Positions 61,601 to 64,000 of a stretch of 64,000 nucleotides of DNA are shown here, piece by piece. A program made the translations under genes and the position numbers. Origin of the DNA: Owenia fusiformis. Its lineage: Eukaryota. The notes under the pieces were generated by a model. That model saw nothing but the letters and a program-made list of their open reading frames with translations. It was not told the origin of the DNA and searched no databases. How positions within the stretch are numbered: position 1 is the stretch's first letter; every line of letters begins with the position of its first letter. The stretch covers positions 62,001 through 126,000 of the forward strand of contig CAIIXF020000001.1 in the NCBI GenBank assembly GCA_903813345.2. The letters run 5' to 3'.

Positions 61601-64000
61601 ATGAATCTTATTGTAAGTGAGAAGGGTACCTGCTTCCTGAACACATATCTTTGTTTAATGTGATAGTTAATTGGAGACTTGGAATAATGAATCTTATTGT
61701 AAGTGAGAAGGGTACCTGCTTCCTGAACACATATCTTTGTTTAATGTGATTAAGTTAACTGGAGACTTGGAATAATGAATCTTATTGTAAGTGACAAGGG
61801 TACCTGCTTCCTGAACACATATCTTTGTTTAATGTGATTAAGTTAACTGGAGACTTGGAATACTGAATCTTATTGTAAGTGACAAGGGTACCTGCTTCCT
61901 GAACACATATCTTTGTTTAATGTGAAAGTTAACTGGAGACTTGGAATACTGAATCTTATTGTAAGTGAGAAGGGTACCTGCTTCCTGAACACATATCTTT
62001 GTTTAATGTGATAGTTAACTGGAGACTTGGAATAATGAATCTTATTGTAAGTGAGAAGGGTACCTGCTTCCTGAACACATATCCTTGTTTAATGTGATAG
62101 TTAACTGGAGACTTGGAATAATGAATCTTATTGTAAGTGAGAAGGGTACCTGCTTCCTGAACACATATCTTTGTTTAATGTGATAGTTAATTGGAGACTT
62201 GGAATAATGAATCTTATTGTAAGTGAGAAGGGTACCTGCTTCCTGAACACATATCCTTGTTTAATGTGATAGTTAATTGGAGACTTGGAATAATGAATAT
62301 TATTGTAAGTGAGAAGGGTACCTGCTTCCTGAACACATATATTTGTTTAATGTGATAGTTAACTGGAGACTTGGAATAATGAATCTTATTGTAAGTGAGA
62401 AGGGTACCTGCTTCCTGAACACATATCTTTGTTTAATGTGATAGTTAACTGGAGACTTGGAATAATGAATCTTATTGTAAGTGAGAAGGGTACCTGCTTC
62501 CTGAACACATATCTTTGTTTAATGTGATAGTTAACTGGAGACTTGGAATAATGAATCTTATTGTAAGTGACAAGGGTACCTGCTTCCTGAACACATATCT
62601 TTGTTTAATGTGATTAAGTTAACTGGAGACTTGGAATACTGAATCTTATTGTAAGTGAGAAGGGTACCTGCTTCCTGAACACATATCTTTGTTTAATGTG
62701 ATAGTTAACTGGAGACTTGGAATAATGAATCTTATTGTAAGTGACAAGGGTACCTGCTTCCTGAACACATATCTTTGTTTAATGTGATAGTTAATGAAGA
62801 CTAAGAATACTGAATCTTATTGTAAGTGAGAAGGGTACCTGCTTCCTGAACACATATCTTTGTTTGATGTGAAAGTTAACTGGAGACTTGGAATAATAAA
62901 TCTTATTGTAAGTGACAAGGGTACCTGCTTCCTGAACACATATCTTTGTTTAATGTGATAGTTAACTGGAGACTTGGAATACTGAATCTTATTGTAAGTG
63001 AGAAGGGTACCTGCTTCCTGAACACATATCTTTGTTTAATGTGATAGTTAATTGGAGACTTGGAATAATGAATCTTATTGTAAGTGAGAAGGGTACCTGC
63101 TTCCTGAACACATATCTTTGTTTAATGTGATAGTTAATTGAAGACTTGGAATAATGAATCTTATTGTAAGTGAGAAGGGTACCTGCTTCCTGAACACATA
63201 TCTTTGTTTAATGTGATAGTTAATTGAAGACTTGGAATAATGAATCTTATTGTAAGTGACAAGGGTACCTGCTTCCTGAACACATATCTTTGTTTAATGT
63301 GATTAAGTTAACTGGAGACTTGGAATAATGAATCTTATTGTAAGTGAGAAGGGTACCTGCTTCCTGAACACATATCTTTGTTTAATGTGATTAAGTTAAC
63401 TGGAGACTTGGAATAATGAATCTTATTGTAAGTGAGAAGGGTACCTGCTTCCCGAACACATATCTTTGTTTAATGTGATAGTTAACTGGAGACTTGGAAT
63501 AATGAATCTTATTGTAAGTGACAAGGGTACCTGCTTCCTGAACACATATCTTTGTTTAATGTGATAGTTAACTGGAGACTTGGAATAATGAATCTTATTG
63601 TAAGTGACAAGGGTACCTGCTTCCTGAACACATATCCTTGTTTAATGTGATAGTTAACTGGAGACTTGGAATAATGAATCTTATTGTAAGTGAGAAGGGT
63701 ACCTGCTTCCTGAACACATATCTTTGTTTAATGTGATAGTTAACTGGAGACTTGGAATACTGAATCTTATTGTAAGTGAGATGGGTACCTGCTTCCTGAA
63801 CACATATCTTTGTTTAATGTGATAGTTAACTGGAGACTTGGAATACTGAATCTTATTGTAAGTGAGAAGGGTACCTGCTTCCTGAACACATATCTTTGTT
63901 TAATGTGATAGTTAATTGGAGACTTGGAATACTGAATCTTATTGTAAGTGAGATGGGTACCTGCTTCCTGAACACATATCTTTGTTTAATGTGATAGTTA
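58660..64000. repeat. 86-bp satellite, at least 62 copies, with a 1210-bp higher-order repeat; runs off the window
   Basis: Unit gggtacctgcttcctgaacacatatctttgtttaatgtgatagttaactggagacttggaataatgaatcttattgtaagtgagaa. The variant gaagactaag recurs at ~59945 and ~61155, and the ORFs at 60138 and 61348 are identical. Confidence 0.98.

Noticed and set aside
58660-64000. CRISPR array interpretation of the tandem arrays
   Set aside because: Units are head-to-tail with no unique spacers, there are no cas genes, and the context is eukaryotic with spliceosomal introns.

Overview
AT-rich eukaryotic (invertebrate animal-like) genomic DNA. The + strand carries the 3' part of an Atrophin/RERE (Grunge-like) transcriptional co-repressor gene. 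I reconstructed 14 phase-consistent GT-AG exons (2765-47980, 3420 nt, about 1139 aa from mid-SANT domain through the GATA-type zinc finger and Atrophin region to the stop), plus a probable extra cassette exon (44121-44282). The introns are packed with transposons: CR1/L2-like LINE fragments, Helentron-associated non-autonomous (HINE/DINE-like) elements carrying satellites, several MITEs, tRNA-derived SINEs, and a nearly intact 5'-truncated Naiad-type Penelope-like element (N-terminal GIY-YIG remnant, CxC, RT) nested in a HINE microsatellite. Several minisatellites sit directly on or beside splice sites; one 51-bp array multiplies a real splice donor about 24 times in frame. Downstream lie a DD37D (maT) Tc1/mariner element, a convergent terminal exon ending in KEEL (ER-retention-like), and an 86-bp satellite running off the window. 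The long repeat ORFs in the ORF track are satellite artefacts. All calls are by eye; no database searches were run.
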